IMG/VR virus record: IMGVR_UViG_3300046791_000289
Coordinates: 1-63,218 of that record
DNA length: 63,218 nucleotides
Reading direction: 5' to 3' (one strand)
Source: a virus
Lineage: Duplodnaviria > Caudoviricetes
In this document: positions 47,234-56,764 of the stretch, in pieces
Layout of the letters: every line of letters begins with the position of its first letter
How positions within the stretch are numbered: position 1 is the first letter of the stretch
Notes under the pieces: generated by a model
What the model saw: only the letters and a program-made list of their open reading frames with translations
The model's database searches: none
What the model was told of the DNA's origin: nothing
Program-made: the position numbers and the translations under genes

Positions 47234-50200
47234 TGTTTCTCCTCCTCGCGGAGCTGGCGCTCGAGGCCGGCCTCTTTGTTTACAGCCGCTATCGCCAGCT
47301 CACGGCGGATGACGTCGCGCGCGACCACCGCCGCGCCGACGAGTTGTCGTTCCCAACCGCGCGCGAGGGCGATCCGATCCCGCTGTTCTACGGCCGGGTT
47401 CGCCACCGCTCGCCCAACGTGATCTGGCGCGGCGGCCTCCACACGGAGGCGGTCTATCAGGAGGTGCCGATCCCGCTGATCGGCGTCCAGCTCCGCGGGC
47501 CCGTGAGCGGCTACGAGTACGCGATCGCGTTTCAGATGTCGCTTGGGATCCCCGGCGGCACGTTCGCCAAGATTCGCAGCGCCTACGTCAACGACAAGCT
47601 CGTGGGGTTCTCGCTCGACGGAAACACGAACATCGACCAGCTCCACATCACCGGCGGCGGGATCAGCGGTGACGCGTCCTGGTACGGCGGCGATCTTGGC
47701 GATCTCCCGCTGGCGCAGAACGGCGGGCACTTCGGATGGGTAAACGGCTGGACGTCGGACCCGACGGCGCCGAGCGCAGCGCTCTTGCCCGACTACGCCG
47801 GGATCGCAAACCTCGCGTTCTTCGCGACGAACACCGGCGCCAACAACGGCTGGCCGCTCGGCATGTCGCCGCAACCGGACGCGTACTCGTTCGAGTTGAT
47901 CGCGGACTGCGCGGGCGCGATCGATCCGACGGCCTCGCTCGGCGCCTACCTGGGCGCGATCAACGGCGGCGACGCGAACCCGGCGAACGTGCTGTGGGAC
48001 CTCATGACGAACCCGTGGGGGCGCGGCGGCATCCCGACCAGCATGATGCACGCGCAGTCGTTCGTGGACGCCGGCCAGGTCTTGGCCGCGGAGGGCAACG
48101 GGTTCTCGATGATCTTCGGCGACTCGCGCTCGCTCCGTGAGGCCGTGCGCGTCGTGCTCGATCAGATCGACGGCGGGCTCTACATCGATCCGACCGATCG
48201 CCTCGTTCACCTCCGCCTCGTGCGCGAGGACTACACCGCCGGCTCGCTCCCGATCTTCGACGAGGGCAACATCATCGCCGTCGAGGAATGGACCACCTCG
48301 ACGTGGGAGGAGACGCCGAACCAGATGACGGCGACGTTCAACGATCGCGACGCCGCGTACACGACGCGCACCGTGATCGAGACAGACGACGCCTCGATCT
48401 CCGCCCAGGGCAAGGTGACGGCGAGCGCGGTCTCGTTCCCCGGCGTGACCAACGCCGCGCAGGCGCAGGTGCTGTGCTACCGCGAGTTGCGCGCGGCCTC
48501 GCGCCCGCTCCGGCGCCTCAAGATGATCGTGAACCGCGACGCCTACCTCCTCCGCCCGAACGATCTCTTTCGGTTCTCGTGGGCGAAGTACGGCGTAGTC
48601 CTGCGCGTGATGCGCGTGTCCCGCATCGACCTCGGCACGCTCCGCGACGGCCAGATCTCGATCACGGCCACGGAGGACATCTTCGCCGTCACGAGCGGCA
48701 CGCTCACGTTTCCGGCCCGCCCGATCGTGGCGCTCACGCCGGCGACGCCGATCACCGCGCGGGTCGTCGATGAGGCCCCGTGGTGGCTCCAGCACCACGC
48801 CCGGACGAACGGGGAGATCACGGACGAGGACGCGCAACGCCTGTGGTACCTCGCGGTGGCCGCGGCGAACGACCTGGCGGTGACGCCCCAGATCAGCCTG
48901 GATGGCGGCGCCTCGTTCGTCGACGACGTGGCCGCGGTGCCGGCGTTCCCCGCGACCGCGACGGCCTCGATCGACTACGCGCGCACGCTCGACCCCTACG
49001 ACACGGTCACCGGGATCGATCTCGTCGGGCTGGTCTACCCCGATCGGATCGAAACCGGGCTGGTCTCGGGCCGCATCACGTACGCCGGCCATGGCCTCGT
49101 GCGGTTCGGGGACGAGATCATCGCGTTCGAGTCGTTCACCGACAACGGCGACGGCACCGGCAAGATCGAGCGGATCTGGCGCGGCCTCCTCGACACGGCC
49201 GCCGTGGCGCACGTCGCCGGCGAGCGGCTCTACTTCCTGGCGCGCACGCCCTGGGGGCTCACGCCGTGCCGGCTCTCCGGCATGACGTTCGACGTCCTCG
49301 ATCCAGAGATCGTCGCGCGCCTCTTGCCCTCGTCCAGCTCGGGCCGGCTCACGCCAGCGACCGACCAGCCCACCGACGCGATCACGATCGGGCGCGACGA
49401 TGGCTTCACACGCGCGGCCCGCGCGTATCCGGTCGCGGACCTCAAGATCGCGAAGCAGGGCACCGCGACCAGCAAGACGCCCGCGGCGCTCGCGACGGCG
49501 GCGATCGATCTGACGTGGCTCTCTCGCGCGCGCGCGAGCACGACGATCACGCGCGGCGACGCGGCCGCCGAGACCACGACCGCGGATACGACGTGGGACG
49601 TCCGCGGGACCAAGCTCGGGTTGGTCCCGCTCGCGCCGGCCCTCCTGCGCGCGATCGCGCACGCGAGCCTGGGCGGGCTCGGCGATCCGCAGGCGGAGTG
49701 GATCCCGCTCGGGCGCGCGGGCCACGGCGCGATCGACGTCGCGGTGCGAACGCAGAGTGACACCGGGTGGTCCTGGCAGGATCCGGCGATCACGATCACG
49801 GCCTATCACTGGCGCAACCTCGTGAGCAACGGGGACTTCGCCGATGCCCTGAGCCAGTGGTCGACCGTGAGCGGGACGCCGATCGCCTCGACGGCATCGC
49901 CGCCCGACACCGGCGGGCGCTACCTCATCGACAACGCTTTCGGCGCGAACCTCGAGATCACGGAGACCGTCGACGTCGCGGGCTACCTCGCCGATGGCAT
50001 GGCCGCCGTGCTGTGGTTCTACGGCAAGAACTACAACGCCGACTCCGACGACACGCTCACCGCGAGCGTGGAGGCGCTGGACTCGGCCGGCGCTCACCTC
50101 GGCACGACCGCGACCACGACGGTCACGCCGTCGCTCACGACCTGGACGCGCTACGAGTTGGCCTATGCGGCACTCCCCGCCGGCACGGCCGCGCTCAAGG

Positions 50201-52734
50201 TCACGATCAAGGCGACCGGCGTGGTGGGCTCGGGCTCGGACGGGACCGCGCTCGATCCCGATTCGGCGTGCACGAACATCACGCTCCGCGTCGGGCGCTT
50301 CACCGCCAACCTGATCGCCAACGGCACGTTCGAGGCGGGCGCGCTCACGTCGTGGTCCACGATCTCGGGCACGTTCGCGGCGGTCGCGACCAACCCCTAC
50401 GCGGGCGGCTGGTGCGCGGATGCCACCGTGGCCGGCACGCTCCGCCAGGACGTCACGTTGACCGCTGGCTACGAGTACGGGACCGCCGTGCTCGAGTGCG
50501 CGCGCGGCGAGGTCGGCGGCTCGAACACGAGCCACGACACCGGCGAGGTCAAGCTGATCGCGCTCGACGGATCGAACGTCGTGATCGCGACGGCGACCAC
50601 CGGCGCGGAGGTGATCGGGTCCGGCAACGCGAACGCCTGGGCGCGGCGCGAGCTGGCGCTCGTGCTCCCGGCCGCCACCGCCAAGGTGCGTGTGGATTTC
50701 GTCACCGGCGCGCACTCGGCGCTGGACTGGTGCGCGGCGATCGATGACGTCGTGGTCCGCGTGCACAAGGCGCTGGACCCGGATCAGGTGATCGATCTGC
50801 GCTTCGACGAGGTGCCCGATCAGCCGATGCCGCGATCGGCGGCGCAGTTCGCGGTGGCCTTCCCCGCGCTCGCGTCGCCCGGCTACGGGTGGGACTTCGC
50901 CGCGGCGCGCGCGCTGATCGGCGACCTCGAGATGACCGCCGGGGCGCACGTGAAGCTGGACGCGAAGATCGTGGGGCCGTGGAGCGGCGACCTCGAGCGC
51001 GTCACGGACACATGCGTCGAGTTCCCGGCCGACGCGAGCGCGGAGGACGTCGCCACCTACGCGAACACCACCGCGATGAACTTCGCCACCGCCGAGTCGT
51101 TCACCGCGATCGCGATCGTCAAGATGGATGGCGAGAGCAACCTCGCCGCGACGCGCGGGATCCTCGGGCGCATGTCGACCGGAGGCAAGGGCTGGTCGCT
51201 CCAGCTCGAGACCGGGGGCAACGCGCGCGCCGTGCTCGGCGGCGCCTCGTCGACCAAGACCGCGACCGGCGCCGTCGTGATCAACGATGGCGCCCCGCAC
51301 CTCGTCGCGCTGGTCTACGACGCCGGCGCCGCGCTCCTCCACGTGATCGACGAGGACGGCACGGATCACACGACCTCAACGGCCGGCATGGGCGAGATCG
51401 CGATCGCGGGCGAGTCGTTCCGCATCGGGCGGGCCTCGACGTCACAGACCACGATGCGCGGCCAGATCGCGCGCCTCTGGATCTGGCGCGGCGTCGCGCT
51501 CTCCGCCGGCGAGGTCGCGAGCCTGTGGGCGTTCGGCGATGACCCGAGCGGCGCGATCTCGATCCTCGATCGCGATGGCCCGCTCGCGACGCGCGGGCCG
51601 GTGGACATCGACGGCGAGACGATCGGCACGTGGGGCGCCTCGCAGGTCGCGTTGGGCTACGACGGCACCGCGATGACCGCCGACGGAGGCAACGGCTGGG
51701 GCGCCGCGGTCCAGGGCGATCTGACGAACCTCACGCCGTGCCTCGATCAGGAGAACGCCACCTACTGGACGTCCGGCGCGGGCGCCGTGCTCACGCGGCG
51801 CGTGCAAGGGCCCGACGGGTTCTACAACGCGATCAACGTGCACCACGCGAGCGGCGGCCCCACGACCGACTACCTCGCGCTCGCGCTCGTCGCGCTCGGC
51901 GCCGGCAACCCCACCATGATCTGGTACTACCGGAACCCATCGGGCGCCGCGAACACGATCAAGGTGGAGTTGGTCTCGTCGGCCGGCACCGTGATCGATA
52001 CCTACTCGTTCACCGCCACCACGCGCACGACATGGGTGCGGGTCGCGCACACGTTCACCTGGACGAACCCGACCGCGACGGGGACGTTCCGGTTCTACGC
52101 GACCGGCGGCGCGACGGCGGGCGACATCGTGGTGTCGCCCAAGATCTACGTGGGCCAGATCGGCGCCGCGGGCTCGACGCAGATCCAGCCGATCGCGCTC
52201 GCGCTCGACGCCGTGAACGGCACGATCGGATCGGTCTCGCAGGCCTCGCGGCTCACGGCGTCGCCGACGATGTCCGCGCAGTACAACGGCGACGGTGAGA
52301 TCTACGCCGAGTTCGCGCTCACCGCGAGCGGGCCGGCCGCCGGCACGATCCTCAACCTCCGCCAGACCTCGAACGACAACGATCGGCGGCGCCTGCACAT
52401 CGGCGCCGCGGGCCGCGTCGACCTCGCGCACTACGACGGGGCCGCGGCGTCGACGTCCGGGAACACGCCGGTCGCGACGTTCGCGACGGTCACGGCCCAG
52501 CGCGGCCGGTGGGCGCGGATCGGGCTCTGGCCGACGCCGGCCTCGTTCTCGGAGGTCCGCAACGCCGCGGGCGCCGCCGCTGGCCGCACCGCGATCTGGA
52601 CGCCCGGCACCGTGGCCCCCACGCGGATCGAGATCGGTCACGCCGCGGGCGCATCGGAGATCAGCGGCCTCGTGCGACGCGTGATCGTGGCGACCGGCCC
52701 GCTCAACCCGACCACGTACACCGGCGGCGCCTGA
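47233..52734 (+). CDS. Tail tip / central fibre protein with CBM-like and LamG-like domains
   Basis: FPTA.EG.PIP..YG, DANPA, LRLVREDY. NL..NG.F repeats and a LamG-like DG..H.V..VYD...G.I.....W...ALS segment. Confidence 0.9.
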   Translation: MFLLLAELALEAGLFVYSRYRQLTADDVARDHRRADELSFPTAREGDPIPLFYGRVRHRSPNVIWRGGLHTEAVYQEVPIPLIGVQLRGPVSGYEYAIAFQMSLGIPGGTFAKIRSAYVNDKLVGFSLDGNTNIDQLHITGGGISGDASWYGGDLGDLPLAQNGGHFGWVNGWTSDPTAPSAALLPDYAGIANLAFFATNTGANNGWPLGMSPQPDAYSFELIADCAGAIDPTASLGAYLGAINGGDANPANVLWDLMTNPWGRGGIPTSMMHAQSFVDAGQVLAAEGNGFSMIFGDSRSLREAVRVVLDQIDGGLYIDPTDRLVHLRLVREDYTAGSLPIFDEGNIIAVEEWTTSTWEETPNQMTATFNDRDAAYTTRTVIETDDASISAQGKVTASAVSFPGVTNAAQAQVLCYRELRAASRPLRRLKMIVNRDAYLLRPNDLFRFSWAKYGVVLRVMRVSRIDLGTLRDGQISITATEDIFAVTSGTLTFPARPIVALTPATPITARVVDEAPWWLQHHARTNGEITDEDAQRLWYLAVAAANDLAVTPQISLDGGASFVDDVAAVPAFPATATASIDYARTLDPYDTVTGIDLVGLVYPDRIETGLVSGRITYAGHGLVRFGDEIIAFESFTDNGDGTGKIERIWRGLLDTAAVAHVAGERLYFLARTPWGLTPCRLSGMTFDVLDPEIVARLLPSSSSGRLTPATDQPTDAITIGRDDGFTRAARAYPVADLKIAKQGTATSKTPAALATAAIDLTWLSRARASTTITRGDAAAETTTADTTWDVRGTKLGLVPLAPALLRAIAHASLGGLGDPQAEWIPLGRAGHGAIDVAVRTQSDTGWSWQDPAITITAYHWRNLVSNGDFADALSQWSTVSGTPIASTASPPDTGGRYLIDNAFGANLEITETVDVAGYLADGMAAVLWFYGKNYNADSDDTLTASVEALDSAGAHLGTTATTTVTPSLTTWTRYELAYAALPAGTAALKVTIKATGVVGSGSDGTALDPDSACTNITLRVGRFTANLIANGTFEAGALTSWSTISGTFAAVATNPYAGGWCADATVAGTLRQDVTLTAGYEYGTAVLECARGEVGGSNTSHDTGEVKLIALDGSNVVIATATTGAEVIGSGNANAWARRELALVLPAATAKVRVDFVTGAHSALDWCAAIDDVVVRVHKALDPDQVIDLRFDEVPDQPMPRSAAQFAVAFPALASPGYGWDFAAARALIGDLEMTAGAHVKLDAKIVGPWSGDLERVTDTCVEFPADASAEDVATYANTTAMNFATAESFTAIAIVKMDGESNLAATRGILGRMSTGGKGWSLQLETGGNARAVLGGASSTKTATGAVVINDGAPHLVALVYDAGAALLHVIDEDGTDHTTSTAGMGEIAIAGESFRIGRASTSQTTMRGQIARLWIWRGVALSAGEVASLWAFGDDPSGAISILDRDGPLATRGPVDIDGETIGTWGASQVALGYDGTAMTADGGNGWGAAVQGDLTNLTPCLDQENATYWTSGAGAVLTRRVQGPDGFYNAINVHHASGGPTTDYLALALVALGAGNPTMIWYYRNPSGAANTIKVELVSSAGTVIDTYSFTATTRTTWVRVAHTFTWTNPTATGTFRFYATGGATAGDIVVSPKIYVGQIGAAGSTQIQPIALALDAVNGTIGSVSQASRLTASPTMSAQYNGDGEIYAEFALTASGPAAGTILNLRQTSNDNDRRRLHIGAAGRVDLAHYDGAAASTSGNTPVATFATVTAQRGRWARIGLWPTPASFSEVRNAAGAAAGRTAIWTPGTVAPTRIEIGHAAGASEISGLVRRVIVATGPLNPTTYTGGA

Positions 52735-52743
52735 TCTCCTGAT

Positions 52744-52760
52744 TCACCCCTCCGGGGTGA
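52744..52760 (+). terminator. Hairpin after the tail tip gene
   Basis: TCACCCC-tcc-GGGGTGA. No T tract. Confidence 0.35.
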
Positions 52761-52784
52761 TGCGGTAGCCTTGCGCCATGGTGA

Positions 52785-52823
52785 TCGACCTCCAAAGCCT
52801 GAAACGGTATGGTCGGATACATG
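52785..52823 (+). promoter_or_regulatory. Leaderless promoter for the lysis region
   Basis: TCGACC-17nt-TATGGT-7nt-ATG (52821). Confidence 0.55.
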
Positions 52824-53252
52824 GCCCCCGAGTTCCCCAGCGTCGGGCACGACGTCACCGGCACCGACTGGGGCGTGATCTACGGCCCGCTCGGGCTCAT
52901 GGCCGGCGTGTTCCTCGTCGGAATGATCCTCGTGTGGCGCTGGGCCTCCTCGGAGATCAGCAAGTCGCGCACGGAATGCGATGCGCGCGTCGAGGCGGCG
53001 CGGAGCAACGCGGAGACGCGCGTCGAGGCCGCCCGCTCGAACGCGGAGGCCCGCGTCGCGGCCGCGCGGGCGGATGCGGACGAGGAGCGCGAGGCGGCGA
53101 TCAAGCTCATGCGCGAGCGCGATCAGGAGTGGCGGGAGGAGATCCGGGCGATCGCCGTCGAGATGGGGGCGACCACACGGTCCGTGACGGACAAGTATCA
53201 CGAGCACGCGATCGCGCTCCGCACCGTGATCGAAACCTCCCGGGGGCGGTAG
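52821..53252 (+). CDS. Holin-like single-TM coiled-coil protein
   Basis: YGPLGLMAGVFLVGMILVW helix then RVEAARSNAE repeats. Confidence 0.55.
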   Translation: MAPEFPSVGHDVTGTDWGVIYGPLGLMAGVFLVGMILVWRWASSEISKSRTECDARVEAARSNAETRVEAARSNAEARVAAARADADEEREAAIKLMRERDQEWREEIRAIAVEMGATTRSVTDKYHEHAIALRTVIETSRGR

Positions 53253-53253
53253 C

Positions 53254-53472
53254 GTGAGGTCCGCCGTGTCGACCACCGAGCGCATCCGCACGGTTGCCCG
53301 CGAGGCGCGCGCCCGCGCACGCACGGAGCCAGTGCTCGATCCGGTGCGCGCCGCGATCCGCGAGTCGCAGCGCGCCCGCGAGGCCATGGCCGCCGACGTC
53401 GACGAGATTACCGATGAGTGCCTCGCGCTGGCCGCCGACCTCGCCGACGTCACGCCCATCTGGCCCGGCTGA
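53254..53472 (+). CDS. Small hypothetical protein
   Basis: GC3-rich ORF filling the gap. Confidence 0.5.
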   Translation: MRSAVSTTERIRTVAREARARARTEPVLDPVRAAIRESQRAREAMAADVDEITDECLALAADLADVTPIWPG

Positions 53473-53473
53473 T

Positions 53474-53511
53474 TTGCGTGGTCTGGCATACGCGAGTACG
53501 GTTCGCGGATG
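53474..53511 (+). promoter_or_regulatory. Leaderless promoter
   Basis: TTGCGT-17nt-TACGGT-6nt-ATG (53509). Confidence 0.6.
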
Positions 53512-53982
53512 ACTCACTACGCCCGCAAGCTCGCCATCCTCGCCCTCCTGTCCGTGTTCCTCGCGCTGCCAGTCGCTGGCGCCGCGTTCGCCGATGACGG
53601 AGGTACCGCGATCGGCGCGGTGGACGCGGGCGCCGGGGCGGCCTCCGCTCCCACCGGGATCGCAACCTCACCGCATGAGAGCGTGCCCTCGATCGACGAT
53701 CCCGGCGCCGTGATCCAGGCGCTCAAGGACGCCAAGGGCCACGCCGGGCTGATCGCGGTGATCGCGCTGGCCGTGTTCCTCCTCGCCGGCGCCGCGATCA
53801 AGGCCAGTGGCCACGTGGGATGGCTCGCGACCGGCCGCCGGCTCGCCGCGATCACGGCGGTGAGTGGCTTCGCGGCGGCCGTGTTCGATCAGGGCATGAC
53901 CGGCGCGAGCTGGTCGACCCTCGCCGGCCCGCTGGTCGCGGCGGTCGCGCTCGTGCTCCATCCGGTCGCGGCGAGCGCGTGA
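53509..53982 (+). CDS. Holin-like multi-TM protein with signal peptide
   Basis: Signal-like N-terminus ending AFA-D, then 3 hydrophobic helices. Precedes the spanins. Confidence 0.6.
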   Translation: MTHYARKLAILALLSVFLALPVAGAAFADDGGTAIGAVDAGAGAASAPTGIATSPHESVPSIDDPGAVIQALKDAKGHAGLIAVIALAVFLLAGAAIKASGHVGWLATGRRLAAITAVSGFAAAVFDQGMTGASWSTLAGPLVAAVALVLHPVAASA

Positions 53983-54326
53983 GCCCCCTCGACGCGATCG
54001 CGGGCGGGCTCGGGCTCGCCGGTTGGATCGCGCTGGCGATCGCGTTGCTCGATCGATCGCGGCTGGTCGCGAGGGTCGGCGCGCTCGAGACCGCCGCCGC
54101 GCAGGGCCAGGCCGCCGCGCAGGCCGCGCGCGCGGACGTCGCCGAGCGCCAGATCGCCGCGGCCCAGGCGGGCCGGAAGGATGCAGAGGATGCACTCGAC
54201 ACCACGATCGCGACCATCGGTGACGGCGTCATGGCTCCTGATGTGTGGGATCACCATGCTGGCGTGCCGGCACCCAAGCCCGCCGCCGGTGACGATCCGG
54301 GCCCCGTCACCGTGCCCGATCGATGA
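53979..54326 (+). CDS. i-spanin (Rz-like)
   Basis: N-terminal TM helix, Ala-rich coiled coil, overlapped by a lipoprotein ORF. Confidence 0.7.
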   Translation: MSPLDAIAGGLGLAGWIALAIALLDRSRLVARVGALETAAAQGQAAAQAARADVAERQIAAAQAGRKDAEDALDTTIATIGDGVMAPDVWDHHAGVPAPKPAAGDDPGPVTVPDR

Positions 54327-54516
54327 TCCATCGGCGCTGATCGCCAAGCCGTGGCCCGCGCGCGTGACGTGCGCGGACCTCCCGCGCGGCCTCTGCTTCG
54401 CGGCGAACGAGGCGATCGCGGTGATCGTGCGGATGGAGCGCCTCGAGCGCTACGCGCGCGACGCCTATCGCACGTGCCATGAGGCCATCGTTGCGCCAGT
54501 GGCGCCCGCGCCGTAG
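54181..54516 (+). CDS. o-spanin (Rz1-like lipoprotein)
   Basis: +1 frame starting inside the i-spanin gene. Lipobox-like MLAC then a Pro-rich segment with Cys residues. Confidence 0.7.
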   Translation: MQRMHSTPRSRPSVTASWLLMCGITMLACRHPSPPPVTIRAPSPCPIDDPSALIAKPWPARVTCADLPRGLCFAANEAIAVIVRMERLERYARDAYRTCHEAIVAPVAPAP

Positions 54517-54550
54517 GATCTGATCGGGATACGAACCCGGCGGACGGCGG

Positions 54551-54579
54551 AAGGGCCCGAGTGTGATGCTCGGGCCCTT
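54551..54579. terminator. Hairpin after the spanins
   Basis: AAGGGCCCGAG / CTCGGGCCCTT 11-bp stem. Confidence 0.55.
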
Positions 54580-54625
54580 GGTCGTTTCGGGGTAGGCTCC
54601 GCTCCTCACCACAGGAGGATTCTCG

Positions 54626-55141
54626 ATGCACTACAAGGATGGAACCGAGGCACGCGTAGGCGATCAGGTCGCCGGCAAGCTCTACAACACGGAGGGGACC
54701 CGCATCGGCGTGATCGTCTCCGTCACTCCAGGGACCGAGTCGTGTAACGCGATGGTCACGTTCCACGAGACCGTGCCGATCGACGATCAGCAGATGGCCG
54801 CGCACACCGCGGCGCCGTGGGAGCCGGGCGATCCGATCCTCGCGCTCGTGCCTCGGATGGCCGTGTGGCGCACGCGCGACGGCTACGAGCGCGAATCCCT
54901 GGGGGCCGCCGCCGGGAATCGGCCGGTCTGTCGCTTCGTCCGCGGCCTCATGCATGGCAACGATGGCCCGATGTCGTGCGTGTTCGAGTGCCAGGACTAC
55001 ACGGAGATCAAGGCGCTCACGCCGATCGACCGGAATCAGGTCGTGTTTCGCGCGACCACCGGCGAGCGGGTCGTAGTCGGGCCGCGGATGAGCCGGTCGC
55101 TCGACGTCATGTGGAGATGGCTGGAGCCTCGGTCGAGTTGA
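54626..55141 (+). CDS. Hypothetical protein inserted in the lysis region
   Basis: AGGAGG RBS. MHYKDG.EA.VGD.V...PG..SCN N-terminus. Confidence 0.7.
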   Translation: MHYKDGTEARVGDQVAGKLYNTEGTRIGVIVSVTPGTESCNAMVTFHETVPIDDQQMAAHTAAPWEPGDPILALVPRMAVWRTRDGYERESLGAAAGNRPVCRFVRGLMHGNDGPMSCVFECQDYTEIKALTPIDRNQVVFRATTGERVVVGPRMSRSLDVMWRWLEPRSS

Positions 55142-55264
55142 CCCGCGCGGTCACCCTCCTGGGCTACGCGCTGGACGAGGTCGGCGCGCACGTCGAACGC
55201 CGTTGACATCGCCGCCGCCCGATGGCACACCGGGCGGGCTACAGCGTCGGCGAGCGCTCGGCAC

Positions 55265-55318
55265 CGAACCCGGCCACGGTCTCCACTCCCCTCGAGATCG
55301 TGCCGGGTTCGATCTTTT
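55265..55318 (+). terminator. Long hairpin plus T tract upstream of the endolysin
   Basis: CGAACCCGGC.CACGGTCTC / GAGATCGTG.CCGGGTTCG then ATCTTTT. Confidence 0.55.
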
Positions 55319-55333
55319 CGGTCACGGTCTGGG

Positions 55334-55972
55334 ATGCTCCTCCCCGCGGTCACCCGATCTAATCTCGCTCTCGATGCCGTCGCGCGCGCGCGCTCGTGCG
55401 TGGGGCACGGCGCCTACCAGCTCAGTGCCGGAGGATGGCAGGAGGGCATGCGTGCGGAGGTCCCCGATGTCCCGTGGGGTCCTCCCAAGCATGGAGTGGG
55501 CGTGATCGGCGCGGATTGCTCGGCCTTCGCGCTCTGGTGCTGGCGGATCGCGCCGCACCGCGCCGGGTTCAACCATGGCTCGTGGTCGACGGTCTCCGAC
55601 GACGTCAACACGGACTCGCTCGTCGAGGACGCCCTCCACCGGCACGAGCTGGTCACGCTCGTGACCGCCGACGATCGCCCGATGCCGGGCGACCTCCTCG
55701 TGTACCGGTCGATCTGGTACGCCGACGGCCACGCGAACGACACCGGCCATGGCGATCGCCGCTGGATCGGCCACGTCTCGATCATCGTCGACGTCCCGCG
55801 GGTCTACGTCGCCGGCGACTACTCCACGCTCCGCGTGGTCCAGTGCCGCGGGCCGAACGGCAAGCGACCGGGTGTGATCGAGAGCGACGGCTACACGTGG
55901 GAGCACCACGATCAAGACTGGGGCGACGTCGAGATCCGCCGGTCCAAGATCGTGCGCGTGGGCGCGATCTGA
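55334..55972 (+). CDS. NlpC/P60 (CHAP-like) cell-wall peptidase, probable endolysin
   Basis: Y.L.AGG, catalytic DCSAF, PGDLLVY, GHVSII. Confidence 0.75.
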   Translation: MLLPAVTRSNLALDAVARARSCVGHGAYQLSAGGWQEGMRAEVPDVPWGPPKHGVGVIGADCSAFALWCWRIAPHRAGFNHGSWSTVSDDVNTDSLVEDALHRHELVTLVTADDRPMPGDLLVYRSIWYADGHANDTGHGDRRWIGHVSIIVDVPRVYVAGDYSTLRVVQCRGPNGKRPGVIESDGYTWEHHDQDWGDVEIRRSKIVRVGAI

Positions 55973-55977
55973 AAGGT

Positions 55978-56149
55978 GGGGAGGCGCGGCGATCGACGCG
56001 GTGGCCGACCGGATCGATCCGCGGCTCTGCGACGTTGCCGACGGGCCGAGCGGGCTCTCATGTGGCGTGGCCGCTCTGTCGGGCGTGGCCGCCCCCTACT
56101 GCGCTAGCGGGGCTCGGCGCATCTCCGGCCGAGCGTGCCGCGCCTCCCC
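55978..56149. ncRNA. Candidate structured RNA element (strand uncertain)
   Basis: 13-bp perfect closing stem GGGGAGGCGCGGC / GCCGCGCCTCCCC enclosing several hairpins, filling the intergenic gap between convergent genes. Confidence 0.5.
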
Positions 56150-56155
56150 GAAACG

Positions 56156-56764
56156 CTACCCGGCGGTCATGCCAAGCGCGGCCCGCATCGCCTGGGCGAG
56201 CCTGTCGAGGATGGCGCCATCCACCTTGGCCTTGAGGTCCGCGCGGGCCTTGTCGATCACCGGCTGGAGTTCTCCTCGCATCGTCGTGGCGACGGCATCC
56301 GTGATCGTGCGCGTCACGAACGACGCGTTGTTGTGGTTGTCGGTCCTGTCGAGGATGGCGCTGATCCGATCCTTGAGTCCGGCCACGCGCCCGGTGGGGC
56401 GGCCGTAGTTGTCGGTTTGCTGCCATCCCTCCGCGATCACGACCTCGATCATCGCGCTGATCTTCGCCGTCACCAGCTCATCGAACGCGGCTTTGACGGC
56501 GGCGCCGATCGCCTCATCGAGCCGTTTGTTGAGGTACTCGCGGAGGCGCACCCCGATCCGTTTGCGATGCCAGTAGTCCGAGGCCGGGATCTCGTTCCCC
56601 TCGTCGTCGTAGCCTGCGGCCTCGCCCAGGATGCGCGAGGCCATGCACTCGATCAGCTCCTCGCGGCGGATCGACGGCACGTCGGCCGTGATCCGAATCG
56701 TGTCGTGGGCGGTGACCGGCGCGGGCTGGTCGGGGATGGGGTCGTTATTCTCGTCGTCGCTCAT
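56156..56764 (-). CDS. Hypothetical helical protein
   Basis: GGAGGA RBS. TD.YG.P.G motif. Confidence 0.75.
   Translation of the reverse strand: MSDDENNDPIPDQPAPVTAHDTIRITADVPSIRREELIECMASRILGEAAGYDDEGNEIPASDYWHRKRIGVRLREYLNKRLDEAIGAAVKAAFDELVTAKISAMIEVVIAEGWQQTDNYGRPTGRVAGLKDRISAILDRTDNHNNASFVTRTITDAVATTMRGELQPVIDKARADLKAKVDGAILDRLAQAMRAALGMTAG

Noticed and set aside
55978-56149. tRNA or tmRNA call for the structured element
   Set aside because: No GTTCRA T-loop, anticodon arm or tag ORF visible. Kept only as an unknown RNA candidate.
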